Shown: one piece after another, positions 15,350 through 23,667 of the stretch
Layout: each line of letters begins with the position of its first letter
Numbering within the stretch: the first letter of the stretch is position 1
Assembly (NCBI GenBank): GCA_918234285.1
Contig: CAKJXZ020000035.1
Coordinates: 1-23,667, forward strand
Direction: 5' to 3'
DNA length: 23,667 nucleotides
Source of the DNA: Pseudomonadota bacterium
Lineage (GTDB): Bacteria; Pseudomonadota; Alphaproteobacteria; RF32; CAG-239
Position numbers and translations under genes: made by a program
Notes under the pieces: generated by a model
Told to the model about the DNA's origin: nothing
Seen by the model: the letters and a program-made list of their open reading frames with translations, nothing else
Databases searched by the model: none

Positions 15350-16309
15350 ATGGAACAGCAACTCAATAACTTAGATGTCATTTTTCTGATTATTATCGGG
15401 ATTTCGTCTCTGGTCGGAATTGCCCGCGGAATGACCAAAGAATTATTATCCATCCTCGGGTGGGTTTTGGCCGCGGCGGCACTGTTTTATTTGGTACCGT
15501 TGTTAAATCCGTTTACCGAAAAATATATTGCCTCAAAGCTGTTGTCAAACCTTGTTACCGGTATGGCGGTACTGATTGTGTTCAGCATTATTTGGGTTTT
15601 GACGGTAGATAAATTGGCATCGCTTATTCGCTCCAGTAAGTTGAGTGCCTTGGACCGCATTTTCGGCTTTGTGTTCGGAATGGCGCGCGGTGCCATTATC
15701 ATTATTTTGCTTGCATTGATGTTTTCTACGCTTATTCCGGCAGAAACGCAAAAAGGTGCGTTTGCCGAATCTAAGATTTATCAGCAGGCTGCCGCTTGTG
15801 TTGAGCCGCTGAAGGCGATGATTCCGCAGAGTTGGGTTGATAGCTTTAAGGCCACCAGTGAGAGCTTCGGCTTCGGTAAACCTGCTGATGAAAAGGCCAA
15901 GGATGATGAAAAGGCGAAAGATGAGGAAAAGGGCAAAGATGAGGCTAAGCCGGCAGAGGGCGAAGAAAAAACCGCCGAAGATAAGGATAAAAAGCCGGGG
16001 CTGCTCAATACGCTCGAATTTATCGATAATAACTTTGATGTCTTACAGCAAAACGGCGAAGAATTGTTTAATCAACTGGCACAGCCGAAAACGTCTGACG
16101 AAAAGACCGGAGAAAGCGATGATTCTACCGCTGACGGCATTGTTTCGGATTTGGATAAAATACTCGATGTCTTAGAAGATGTCGTGACCGACGAACCGAT
16201 GCCGGAAACCAAACCGGATACGCCGCAGATGAAGAAATCAATCCGCGAATTCAATAATCCGGAACCGACTATTGAAGACGTTATCTCCAAGGAAGTGCCG
16301 GAAGAATAA
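15350..16309 (+). CDS. cvpA: CvpA family membrane protein with long acidic C-terminal extension
   Basis: LDVI...RGMTKELLS...LSALDRIFGFVFGMARG with four TM segments; follows radA as is usual in alphaproteobacteria. Confidence 0.9.
   Translation: MEQQLNNLDVIFLIIIGISSLVGIARGMTKELLSILGWVLAAAALFYLVPLLNPFTEKYIASKLLSNLVTGMAVLIVFSIIWVLTVDKLASLIRSSKLSALDRIFGFVFGMARGAIIIILLALMFSTLIPAETQKGAFAESKIYQQAAACVEPLKAMIPQSWVDSFKATSESFGFGKPADEKAKDDEKAKDEEKGKDEAKPAEGEEKTAEDKDKKPGLLNTLEFIDNNFDVLQQNGEELFNQLAQPKTSDEKTGESDDSTADGIVSDLDKILDVLEDVVTDEPMPETKPDTPQMKKSIREFNNPEPTIEDVISKEVPEE
15884..15949 (+). repeat. Imperfect 18-bp in-frame tandem repeat (~3.7 units) in the cvpA tail
   Basis: GCTGATGAAAAGGCCAAG / GATGATGAAAAGGCGAAA / GATGAGGAAAAGGGCAAA / GATGAGGCTAAG. 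Confidence 0.75.
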
Positions 16310-16325
16310 TCGCAATAAAAGCTCT

Positions 16326-16368
16326 AAAAAAGTATGCCGTGTTGTAAAATGCGGCATATTTTTTGTTT
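16326..16368 (+). terminator. Intrinsic terminator after cvpA
   Basis: AAAAAAGTATGCCGT-loop-GCGGCATATTTTTTGTTT forms a stem with a T-tract. Confidence 0.75.
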
Positions 16369-16463
16369 GTCCGGATTTTAAGGGAAAAAACTTGTAGATT
16401 ATTTTAAGGTTGATATGGCGTAATATGAACAAGCATATTATATTATCAGCGAGGTATTGAAAG

Positions 16464-16949
16464 ATGAGAAAATTGTTGTTTTGGGGTGTTGCCGCCATTA
16501 TATTCGCGTTTGGGGCAGACCAGCTCAGTAAAAGCCTGTTGGCGGCCTATGTGGCGGACGGAGAAGCATTTTCGTTCGGCAGTTTTTTTAATTTGGTAAA
16601 AGTATGGAATACCGGCGTCAGTTTTTCGATGTTTAATAATCACGGTGATATCGGTAGAGTGCTGTTATCGGTGTTTTCTTTGGTTGTATGTGCGTTTTTG
16701 TTGCATTGGATGCTCAAAGAAAGCAACTGGCTGAAAGTGGTGGCGCTCGGGTTGGTTATCGGCGGGGCGCTCGGTAATGTTGTTGACCGTATTCGGTTTG
16801 GTGCGGTGCTTGATTTTTTGGATTTTCATATTGCCGAATATCACTGGCCGGCTTTCAATTTGGCCGATACGTTTATTTGTGTAGGCGCTTGTCTTTTGAT
16901 TTTATTGGAAATATTTAAAGTAAAAACAGAAAAAACGGAGGAAAAATGA
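16464..16949 (+). CDS. lspA: Lipoprotein signal peptidase (signal peptidase II)
   Basis: DQLSK, NTGVSFS, GGALGNVVDR, AVLDFL and WPAFNLAD (catalytic Asp pair). Confidence 0.97.
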   Translation: MRKLLFWGVAAIIFAFGADQLSKSLLAAYVADGEAFSFGSFFNLVKVWNTGVSFSMFNNHGDIGRVLLSVFSLVVCAFLLHWMLKESNWLKVVALGLVIGGALGNVVDRIRFGAVLDFLDFHIAEYHWPAFNLADTFICVGACLLILLEIFKVKTEKTEEK

Positions 16950-17170
16950 AGAAATTTTATGTGGTTATTGCCGTTGCCGCAATTTTGGCGACAAGTTCTT
17001 GCGGCTGGAGCAAGAAAAAACTCGGATTTACACAATCGGGACCGGATGAAACTCTGGTACAGACCAATGATCCGTTGATTTTGCCGCCGGAATTTAATGT
17101 TCGTCCGAAGAAAACGGCCGGAGCCGAAGATTTGGAAAACAGTGATATAAAAGAAGACGATAATGAATAA
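16946..17170 (+). CDS. Small lipoprotein, DUF3035-like
   Basis: Lipoprotein signal MKK-hydrophobic-TSSC and GPDE...PLILPPEFNVRP; ATGA overlap with lspA. Confidence 0.8.
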   Translation: MKKFYVVIAVAAILATSSCGWSKKKLGFTQSGPDETLVQTNDPLILPPEFNVRPKKTAGAEDLENSDIKEDDNE

Positions 17171-18497
17171 ATTTTTGTTTCTGCCGCTATTGTTTATGCT
17201 CGCAGGTACGGCCGATGCCGCAATGTTTAAGGCTGAGGAATTTACGCTTGATAACGGCCTGCGGGTAGTGGTGGCAGAAAATCATAAGGCGCCGCTGGTT
17301 AAACACATGATGTGGTATCAGGTAGGAGCGGTTGACGAGTTTCGCGGCCGCGGCGGCAGTGCGCATCTTTTGGAGCACCTGCTGTTCCGCGGTACTAAAA
17401 AAGTCAGTGGTGATGAGTTTAATCGGATTATGGAAAAAAACGGCGCCGAATCAAATGCTTTTACCAGTCATGATGTTACGGCTTATCATCAATTTGCCGA
17501 TGTGAGCCGTTTGGAAATTTTGATGGCGCTGGAAGCTGATCGTATGCAAAATCTCAACATCAGCGAGGAAGATTTTGAAGCCGAGCGCAAAATAGTGTTT
17601 CAGGAGCGTAAACAGGTGGTGGAGAATAATCCGGCATCGCCTTTCGGTGAAAGGGTGCGCCAGATGATGTGGGGAACGTCACCGTACGGGCAGCCGGTTA
17701 CCGGTCTGCCGGAGGAAATTATGGCCTTAAAATATGCCGATACGCTGGATTTTTATCATAAATACTACGCTCCGAACAATGCGATTTTGGTGATTTCCGG
17801 CGATGTTGATACAAAGACCTTACGTCCGCTCATCGAAAAATATTACGGCGGATTGGAGAAAAGACCGGTGGAACGCGAAGTTCCGGCACCGCAGAATGAA
17901 AAATTACACCAATCCCTGCAAATGAGTTTGCCGCATATCGCAACGCCGCGGATTGCCCGGGCGTTTATGTTGCCGCCGCGGGAGCAAATGCAGGATATGA
18001 TATATGCTTATGATATTTTGGCCGAGTTTTTGGGCGGGGGCGAAACCGCCGAGCTCTATCGCGATTTGGTGTTGAGAAAGCGTTTGGCAGTAGGAGTTTC
18101 CGCCGGTTATAACTATATGACGCGCAGCAACACGGTGTTCAGAGTTAGTATGGTGCCGGATACGGATAAAGGGTTCGCGCCGGAAGCGGCAGTGCAAACA
18201 TTGAATGCGGCTATGGAGCGTGCAAAGATGGCTTTAACGGCAGAAAGATTGGCGCAAATCAAACGCAAAATCTCGGCCAATTTGGTTTATCTCAAAGATA
18301 ATCCGCAAACGGCCGCCAACTGGATAGGCTATATGCTTTCAATGGGTTTTACTTTGGATGATGTGCAAAATTATGAAGATAAAATCAAGGCCGTTACCTT
18401 AGATGAGGTTAAACAGGCTTTTGCCGCACTTTCCGAGGCGGCGGATATAACGGCGGTTTTGTTGCCGCAACAGGATGACGGAGGCAAAAATGAGTAA
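17163..18497 (+). CDS. M16 family zinc metallopeptidase, catalytic subunit, exported
   Basis: Signal peptide, TLDNGL, inverted zinc motif HLLEH, NAFTS and YYAPNNA. Confidence 0.95.
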   Translation: MNKFLFLPLLFMLAGTADAAMFKAEEFTLDNGLRVVVAENHKAPLVKHMMWYQVGAVDEFRGRGGSAHLLEHLLFRGTKKVSGDEFNRIMEKNGAESNAFTSHDVTAYHQFADVSRLEILMALEADRMQNLNISEEDFEAERKIVFQERKQVVENNPASPFGERVRQMMWGTSPYGQPVTGLPEEIMALKYADTLDFYHKYYAPNNAILVISGDVDTKTLRPLIEKYYGGLEKRPVEREVPAPQNEKLHQSLQMSLPHIATPRIARAFMLPPREQMQDMIYAYDILAEFLGGGETAELYRDLVLRKRLAVGVSAGYNYMTRSNTVFRVSMVPDTDKGFAPEAAVQTLNAAMERAKMALTAERLAQIKRKISANLVYLKDNPQTAANWIGYMLSMGFTLDDVQNYEDKIKAVTLDEVKQAFAALSEAADITAVLLPQQDDGGKNE

Positions 18498-19884
18498 GTG
18501 TCGTCGTTGGTGGGTCTTGGGGGCAGCGGTTGTTGTCGCGGCGGTTGTCGGCATGAGTTTTTGGCGCGGCAGTCGTATCGATACTGATTCCATTTTGGCA
18601 CATTCGGTTTTGAAAGATAAAACTTTCGGGGTTAAAGTACAACAAATCGAAGCGGACGGCATGAAGGCTTATTTGCTGGAAGAACATTCCAATCCGATTG
18701 TAGCCGTCAGTTTTATGTTTGATAATGCCGGTTCGGCATACGAGCCGAAAAATAAGCAGGGTTTAACCGCATTACTTTCCGAGATGTTGCTGAACGGCGC
18801 CGGAGAATATGAGGCTTTGCAGTTCAAAGATGTCGGAGAAGAATATGGAATAAGGTTGGGATTTGATGCCTCCGATGATGTTTTTGAAGGCTATTTACAA
18901 ATGCCTAAAGATAATCTGAATGTGGGGGTAAAGTTGTTTACTGCTGCCCTGTATAAACCGCATTTTACGCTTGATTACATCGCTATTGTTAAAAAGCAGT
19001 TACAAACAGCTATTCGCAATCATCAGGAGCGGCCGGAAGGTGTTTTGGGCGATAAATTCTCCGAGCTGATTTTTGCCGGGCATCCGTATGCTCGCCCGGC
19101 TATCGGTAAGCCGGAAACGGTGGCCGGTTTGAATCGTGGCGATTTGTTGAATTTTATGCGGACTCATTTTACTCAAGGCAATTTGATAATCGGAATTGCC
19201 GGTGATATTAATGCCGCTGAGGCCGAGCGCCTCATACACGATTTATTCGGCCGGTTGCCGCGACAGTTTGCCGAGAATACTTTGGCAGAATACAAAATCA
19301 ACAGTTCCGGCGCCACGCATAATGTAGAACGAGCAGCGCCGCAGGCAATCGCCGCTTTTGTGACGCAAGGGACACACCGCAACAGCGCGGATTTTTATCC
19401 GCTGTATGTGGCTAATTATATTTTCGGCGGGTCCGGGTTGAGTTCGCGTATATCTAAAGTTATACGTGAAGAAAATGGACTAACTTATGGAATTTACACA
19501 TATTTATCAAATAAAAAATCTGCAGTGATGTTGGCTGGCGGTTATGCTTCAACTCCGGAAAATTTTGCCAAGGCAAAAGATTTGTTGTTGGAACAATGGC
19601 GGCAGATGGCACAAAAAGGTGTCAGTAAAGAAGAGCTGCAACAGGCTAAAGATGCGTTGATTGCGGCGCATAATCTGCGTTTTGCCTCAACCGGCGGAAT
19701 TGCCGATATGTTGATGTCAATGCAGAAATATAACTTAGGTGCGGATTTTTTGGAAAAACGTAACGATTATATTCGGAATCTGACCTTGGACGAGGTTAAT
19801 GCCGCGGCAGCAAAATATTATGCCGCAATACCGGATTTTGTGATTATCGGTGCGCCGACAGTAACGGAAAAAGGAGAAAAGTAA
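18490..19884 (+). CDS. M16 family peptidase, non-catalytic partner subunit
   Basis: No HxxEH (LLSEML at the equivalent site); carries the R/Y pair (SSRI...IREENGLTYG); N-terminal membrane anchor. ATG 18490 after GGAGG is preferred over 18475. Confidence 0.92.
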   Translation: MSKCRRWWVLGAAVVVAAVVGMSFWRGSRIDTDSILAHSVLKDKTFGVKVQQIEADGMKAYLLEEHSNPIVAVSFMFDNAGSAYEPKNKQGLTALLSEMLLNGAGEYEALQFKDVGEEYGIRLGFDASDDVFEGYLQMPKDNLNVGVKLFTAALYKPHFTLDYIAIVKKQLQTAIRNHQERPEGVLGDKFSELIFAGHPYARPAIGKPETVAGLNRGDLLNFMRTHFTQGNLIIGIAGDINAAEAERLIHDLFGRLPRQFAENTLAEYKINSSGATHNVERAAPQAIAAFVTQGTHRNSADFYPLYVANYIFGGSGLSSRISKVIREENGLTYGIYTYLSNKKSAVMLAGGYASTPENFAKAKDLLLEQWRQMAQKGVSKEELQQAKDALIAAHNLRFASTGGIADMLMSMQKYNLGADFLEKRNDYIRNLTLDEVNAAAAKYYAAIPDFVIIGAPTVTEKGEK

Positions 19885-21524
19885 TGTTCGGAAAATCAAC
19901 AACGAAAGCATGGAAACAGTTGGAGAAGGTTTTTAAGCACTTTGACGGGACCGAAATGAATGATTTGTTTGCCGCCGATCCGAAACGCGGTGAACGCTAT
20001 ACGGAACAGCTTGAGAATATGTTGGTGGATTATTCCAAGAACCGGATAGACGACAATGTGATGAATGCGCTGTTCGAACTGGCAGAGGAGCGCGGCTTAA
20101 GGGAAAAAATCAACGATATGTTCGGCGGTAAAAAAATCAACAGCACCGAAAATCGCGCGGTATTGCATATTGCGTTGCGTAATCGCGGGAACACGCCGAT
20201 TTATGTTGACGGACGCGATGTAATGCCGCAAATCAATGCCACGCTCGAAAAGATAAAGGATTTTTCCGAGGCGGTGCGTTTGGGGCGCTTTACCGGACAC
20301 ACCGGCAAAAAGCTCACCAATATCGTCAATATCGGTATCGGCGGTTCGGATTTAGGGCCGTTTATGGCTTGCGAGGCACTGCGTCATTATTGGGCTAAGG
20401 ACATTAAATGCTGGTTTATTTCCAACATAGACGGTACCGGTTGTGCCGAGGTTTTGAACAAGGTTGATCCGGAAACCACGCTGTTTATCGTGGCCTCTAA
20501 AACTTTCACCACCATCGAAACTCTGACCAATGCTCGCACTTGCCGCAAATGGTTGACAGATGCTCTGGGCGAACATGCGGTAGCCAAGCACTTTATCGCG
20601 CTTTCTACCAACAAGGAAGAAGTCGAAAAGTTCGGGATTAATCCGGAAAATATGTTTGAATTTTGGGATTTTGTCGGCGGGCGTTATTCCATGTGGTCAG
20701 CCATCGGTATGATTATCGCCATTGCCGTCGGGTTTAAGAATTTTGAGCGGATGCTTGAAGGTGCTTATGCCATGGACGAGCACTTCAAAAACAGCGAATT
20801 TAAGCATAATATTCCGGTTATTCTGGCACTTATCGGTATTTGGTACAACAATTTTTACGGTATACATCGCTACGGGGTTATTCCGTATGACCAATATTTG
20901 CAATATTTGCCGGCATATTTACAACAGCTTGATATGGAAAGTAACGGAAAATCAGTAACTTCTGACAATAAATATGTTGATTATGCCACCGGTCCGGTGT
21001 TGTTCGGCGGTGCCGGTACCAACGTGCAACATTCGTTTTTCCAACTGTTGCACCAAGGGACGGAAATTGTGCCGATTGACTTGATTGTGCCGGCAATTTC
21101 GCATAATGAAATCGGTACTCATCAACAGATTTTGTTGGCCAATGTTTTGGCACAGGGCGAAGCGCTGATGCGCGGTAAAACCGAGGCTATCGCGGCGGCG
21201 GAATTAGAGGCGGCCGGCAAGTCGCAAGCGGAAATTATGCGTTTGAAGAAATATAAGAGCTTCAGCGGCAACCGCCCGAGCACTACGATTGTGCTGAAAA
21301 AAGTTGATCCGTATACTTTGGGAATGTTGGTGGCGATGTATGAGCACAAGGTGTTTACGCAAGGCGTGATTTGGAACATCAATTCGTTTGACCAGTTTGG
21401 GGTGGAGTTGGGCAAAAAATTGGCCCTCAATATTCTGCCGGAGTTGCAAGGTACGGCACATAACGTTCAGCACGACAGTTCCACTTCAAATTTGATAAAC
21501 CATATCAAAAAAATACGCAAATAG
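19884..21524 (+). CDS. pgi: Glucose-6-phosphate isomerase
   Basis: ENRAVLH, GIGGSDLG, SKTFTT, VGGRYSMWSAIG, QQLDMESNGK and FDQFGVELGK. Confidence 0.99.
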   Translation: MFGKSTTKAWKQLEKVFKHFDGTEMNDLFAADPKRGERYTEQLENMLVDYSKNRIDDNVMNALFELAEERGLREKINDMFGGKKINSTENRAVLHIALRNRGNTPIYVDGRDVMPQINATLEKIKDFSEAVRLGRFTGHTGKKLTNIVNIGIGGSDLGPFMACEALRHYWAKDIKCWFISNIDGTGCAEVLNKVDPETTLFIVASKTFTTIETLTNARTCRKWLTDALGEHAVAKHFIALSTNKEEVEKFGINPENMFEFWDFVGGRYSMWSAIGMIIAIAVGFKNFERMLEGAYAMDEHFKNSEFKHNIPVILALIGIWYNNFYGIHRYGVIPYDQYLQYLPAYLQQLDMESNGKSVTSDNKYVDYATGPVLFGGAGTNVQHSFFQLLHQGTEIVPIDLIVPAISHNEIGTHQQILLANVLAQGEALMRGKTEAIAAAELEAAGKSQAEIMRLKKYKSFSGNRPSTTIVLKKVDPYTLGMLVAMYEHKVFTQGVIWNINSFDQFGVELGKKLALNILPELQGTAHNVQHDSSTSNLINHIKKIRK

Positions 21525-21536
21525 AAGGTGTTATAA

Positions 21537-23375
21537 ATGAATATTCGTGTTTTACCTTCAAATCTTATCAACCAAATTGCGGCCGGAGAAGTTATCGAGC
21601 GACCGGCGTCGGTGTTGAAAGAATTGGTGGAAAACGCGATTGATGCCGAAGCGCGCAAAATCGAGGTTACTCTGACCGGTGGCGGCAAAAATATTTTAAC
21701 CGTGGCGGATGACGGTGTGGGAATGTCACCGGAAGAACTGAATTTGGCGGTGGAGCGGCATGCTACTTCAAAACTTCCCGACGACGATCTGTTTCAAATT
21801 AATTTTTTGGGCTTTCGCGGTGAGGCTTTGCCTTCAATCGGCTCGGTAGCGCGTCTGACGATTGTGTCGCGCAAAAAAGGAGCGGCGGAAGGGGCTAAAA
21901 TCAGCGTTGAGGGCGGCATAAAAAGTACGGTGGAGCCGGCGGCCATCGGCGGCGGTACCCGGATTGAGGTGCGGGATTTGTTTTATACCACTCCGGCACG
22001 TCTGAAGTTTTTGAAAGCGGACAGCGCCGAAGCGGCACAGTGTGTCGATATGTTGCAGCGAATAGCATTGGCTAATCCGAATGTGGCGTTTTATCTTTAC
22101 AGCGATGGCAAGAAAAAGTTGGCGCTGAACGTATGTACGGGCGAATTGCCGGAAGCGCGGCGCAAGCGGATTGCCGATGTTTGGGGTACGGAGTTTAAGG
22201 AAAATTCGGTACCGATTACGGCGCAGAACGAATTTTGCGACATCAGCGGCTTTGTCAGCGTTCCGACCTATAACAAAGCCAATTCGCTGGCGGAGTTTTT
22301 GTTTGTAAACAACCGTCCGGTGCGCGATAAGCTGATTTTGGGCGCGATTAAAGGCGCTTATCAGGATATGATGATGTCCGGCCGCTATCCGGTTTGCGCG
22401 ATTTTTATCAGGGTTAATCCGCGCTATGTCGATGTTAACGTGCATCCGACCAAAGCGGAAGTGCGATTTTATGACAACGGTGCGGTGCGCGGGCTGTTGG
22501 TCGGTGCAATCCGCAATGCTTTGAGTGCCGGAGCGCAGCACAGCGCCGACACCGGCGGTTTTGAAAATCTGTTGTTGCGGCAAATGACGGAACAAACCGC
22601 ACGTTTGCGTAATTTGCATCAACAGACGACGGATTTTTCGGTGCATGATACCGAGCCGGAGTTTGCCCGGCATAATCCTCTCGGTGCCGCCAAAAGTTCG
22701 CGCGGTGCGGCATTACCGGAGTTTTCCGAATGGCAGAACCGCTATTCGGTGCGGGTGGCCGATGAGCCGACGGCGGAAACGTTGGCCAATGTCGGCGAAC
22801 TCGGGCTGGCTAAGGCGCAATTTCATAACACTTACATCATTGCGCAAACCGAAGACAGTATCGTGATTGTCGACCAACACGCGGCGCATGAGCGGATTAC
22901 CATGGAGCGCATGAAACAGAGTATGGCCAAACACGAGCGCTTGCCGTCGCAATTGTTGCTTATTCCGGAAGTGGTTGAACTGGCCTTAGCCGAGCGCGAA
23001 AATCTGTTGGAATATGCCGATACGTTTGCCTCACTGGGTTTGAGCATTGAGGCTTTCGGCACCACGGCCGTTTTGGTGCGGGAAACTCCGGCACTTTTGG
23101 GCGATACCGATGTGCAAAATTTAATCAAAGACTTAGCAGAGCAAATCTCGGAATGGGGTAGTGCCTATGCCTTAACCGATAAAATTCATCACATTTGCGC
23201 TACCATCGCCTGTCACGGTTCGATACGAGCGGGCAGAGCGCTCAACACCGAAGAAATGAACCGTCTGCTTCGTGATATGGAGCAGACCGAGCACTCCGGC
23301 CAATGTAATCACGGTCGTCCGACGTATGTGAAGATTAGGGTGGCGGATATCGAGAAACTCTTCGAAAGAAAGTAG
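21537..23375 (+). CDS. mutL: DNA mismatch repair endonuclease MutL
   Basis: NQIAAGEVIERP, HATSK, GFRGEAL, DVNVHPTK; endonuclease motifs DQHAAHERITME, ACH and CNHGRP. Confidence 0.99.
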   Translation: MNIRVLPSNLINQIAAGEVIERPASVLKELVENAIDAEARKIEVTLTGGGKNILTVADDGVGMSPEELNLAVERHATSKLPDDDLFQINFLGFRGEALPSIGSVARLTIVSRKKGAAEGAKISVEGGIKSTVEPAAIGGGTRIEVRDLFYTTPARLKFLKADSAEAAQCVDMLQRIALANPNVAFYLYSDGKKKLALNVCTGELPEARRKRIADVWGTEFKENSVPITAQNEFCDISGFVSVPTYNKANSLAEFLFVNNRPVRDKLILGAIKGAYQDMMMSGRYPVCAIFIRVNPRYVDVNVHPTKAEVRFYDNGAVRGLLVGAIRNALSAGAQHSADTGGFENLLLRQMTEQTARLRNLHQQTTDFSVHDTEPEFARHNPLGAAKSSRGAALPEFSEWQNRYSVRVADEPTAETLANVGELGLAKAQFHNTYIIAQTEDSIVIVDQHAAHERITMERMKQSMAKHERLPSQLLLIPEVVELALAERENLLEYADTFASLGLSIEAFGTTAVLVRETPALLGDTDVQNLIKDLAEQISEWGSAYALTDKIHHICATIACHGSIRAGRALNTEEMNRLLRDMEQTEHSGQCNHGRPTYVKIRVADIEKLFERK

Positions 23376-23499
23376 AAAAATCCGTATAATGGTCTGCTAA
23401 TCAAAGGGTTTCTCGCTTATGTACCTTTTGTTGTACACCGCGCGAGAAACCCTTTTTCTATCAGACTCATTCTCCGGATTTTTCGGGCGTGTGTTCTTT
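23375..23499. repeat. Palindromic repeat element, copy 2 (MITE/RPE-like), starting in the mutL stop codon
   Basis: GAAAAATCCG 23375-23384 pairs with CGGATTTTTC 23475-23484. Perfect 14-bp stem AAAGGGTTTCTCGC 23403-23416 with GCGAGAAACCCTTT 23442-23455. Apical TGTAC 23420-23424 with GTACA 23433-23437. Right end GTGTTCTTT 23491-23499. Confidence 0.8.
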
Positions 23500-23584
23500 G
23501 AAGGGGATTCCTCCTTGTAATGACCTGTCTTTTTCGGCGGTTCCACTATGTTGTACAAAAAACGACTTTTTCCGCAAAAAACGC

Positions 23585-23616
23585 TTGCTTTTTGTGCTTT
23601 ACCATGTTATGGTAAA
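23585..23616 (+). promoter_or_regulatory. Putative promoter with an overlapping palindromic operator for the next gene
   Basis: TTGCTT (23585-23590), 17 bp, TATGGT (23608-23613); inverted repeat TTTACCAT-gtt-ATGGTAAA at 23598-23616. Confidence 0.45.
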
Positions 23617-23642
23617 ACATGTAAACTTGGGAGTAAAAATCA

Positions 23643-23667
23643 ATGGTCGGTAAATTGTGGCAAAAGC
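23643..23667 (+). CDS. Probable 5' end of a CDS truncated by the window edge (MVGKLWQK...)
   Basis: ATG 23643 is preceded by SD-like GGGAG 23629-23633; only 8 codons are visible. Confidence 0.4.

Noticed and set aside
18490-19884. Second M16 gene as a pseudogene because it lacks HxxEH
   Set aside because: M16B heterodimers normally pair an HxxEH subunit with a non-catalytic R/Y subunit, and the ORF is intact.
21834-22673. 279-aa antisense ORF inside mutL
   Set aside because: It is fully overlapped by a well-conserved gene and has no recognisable domain.

Overview
This is a gene-dense housekeeping and envelope region of an alphaproteobacterium, inferred from the short HPr kinase, DUF3035 and the mlaEF-radA-cvpA and lspA-DUF3035-M16-M16-mutL gene orders. 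All protein genes are on the + strand: tuf, a GT2 glycosyltransferase, a MepM-like M23 peptidase, a Bat-type cluster (DUF4381, VWA, VWA-TPR-polyQ, BatD) with no adjacent moxR/DUF58, a membrane-anchored thermonuclease-fold protein with an eroded active site, tsaE, hprK, mlaE, mlaF, radA, cvpA, lspA, DUF3035, two M16 peptidase subunits, pgi and mutL. One tRNA-Asp(GTC) lies on the - strand. I recognised no transposase, integrase, cas or phage gene. The most unusual content is non-coding. (i) Related ~105-125 nt palindromic elements begin in the stop codons of both tuf and mutL. (ii) Behind tuf, a 111-bp-period tandem has a constant 34-nt block and variable segments that resemble arms of these elements; one segment is 42/51 identical to the mutL copy 22 kb away. 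(iii) A structured ~180-nt element downstream of tRNA-Asp is built partly from sense and antisense fragments of that tRNA. All identities and coordinates were counted by eye and no database searches were run.
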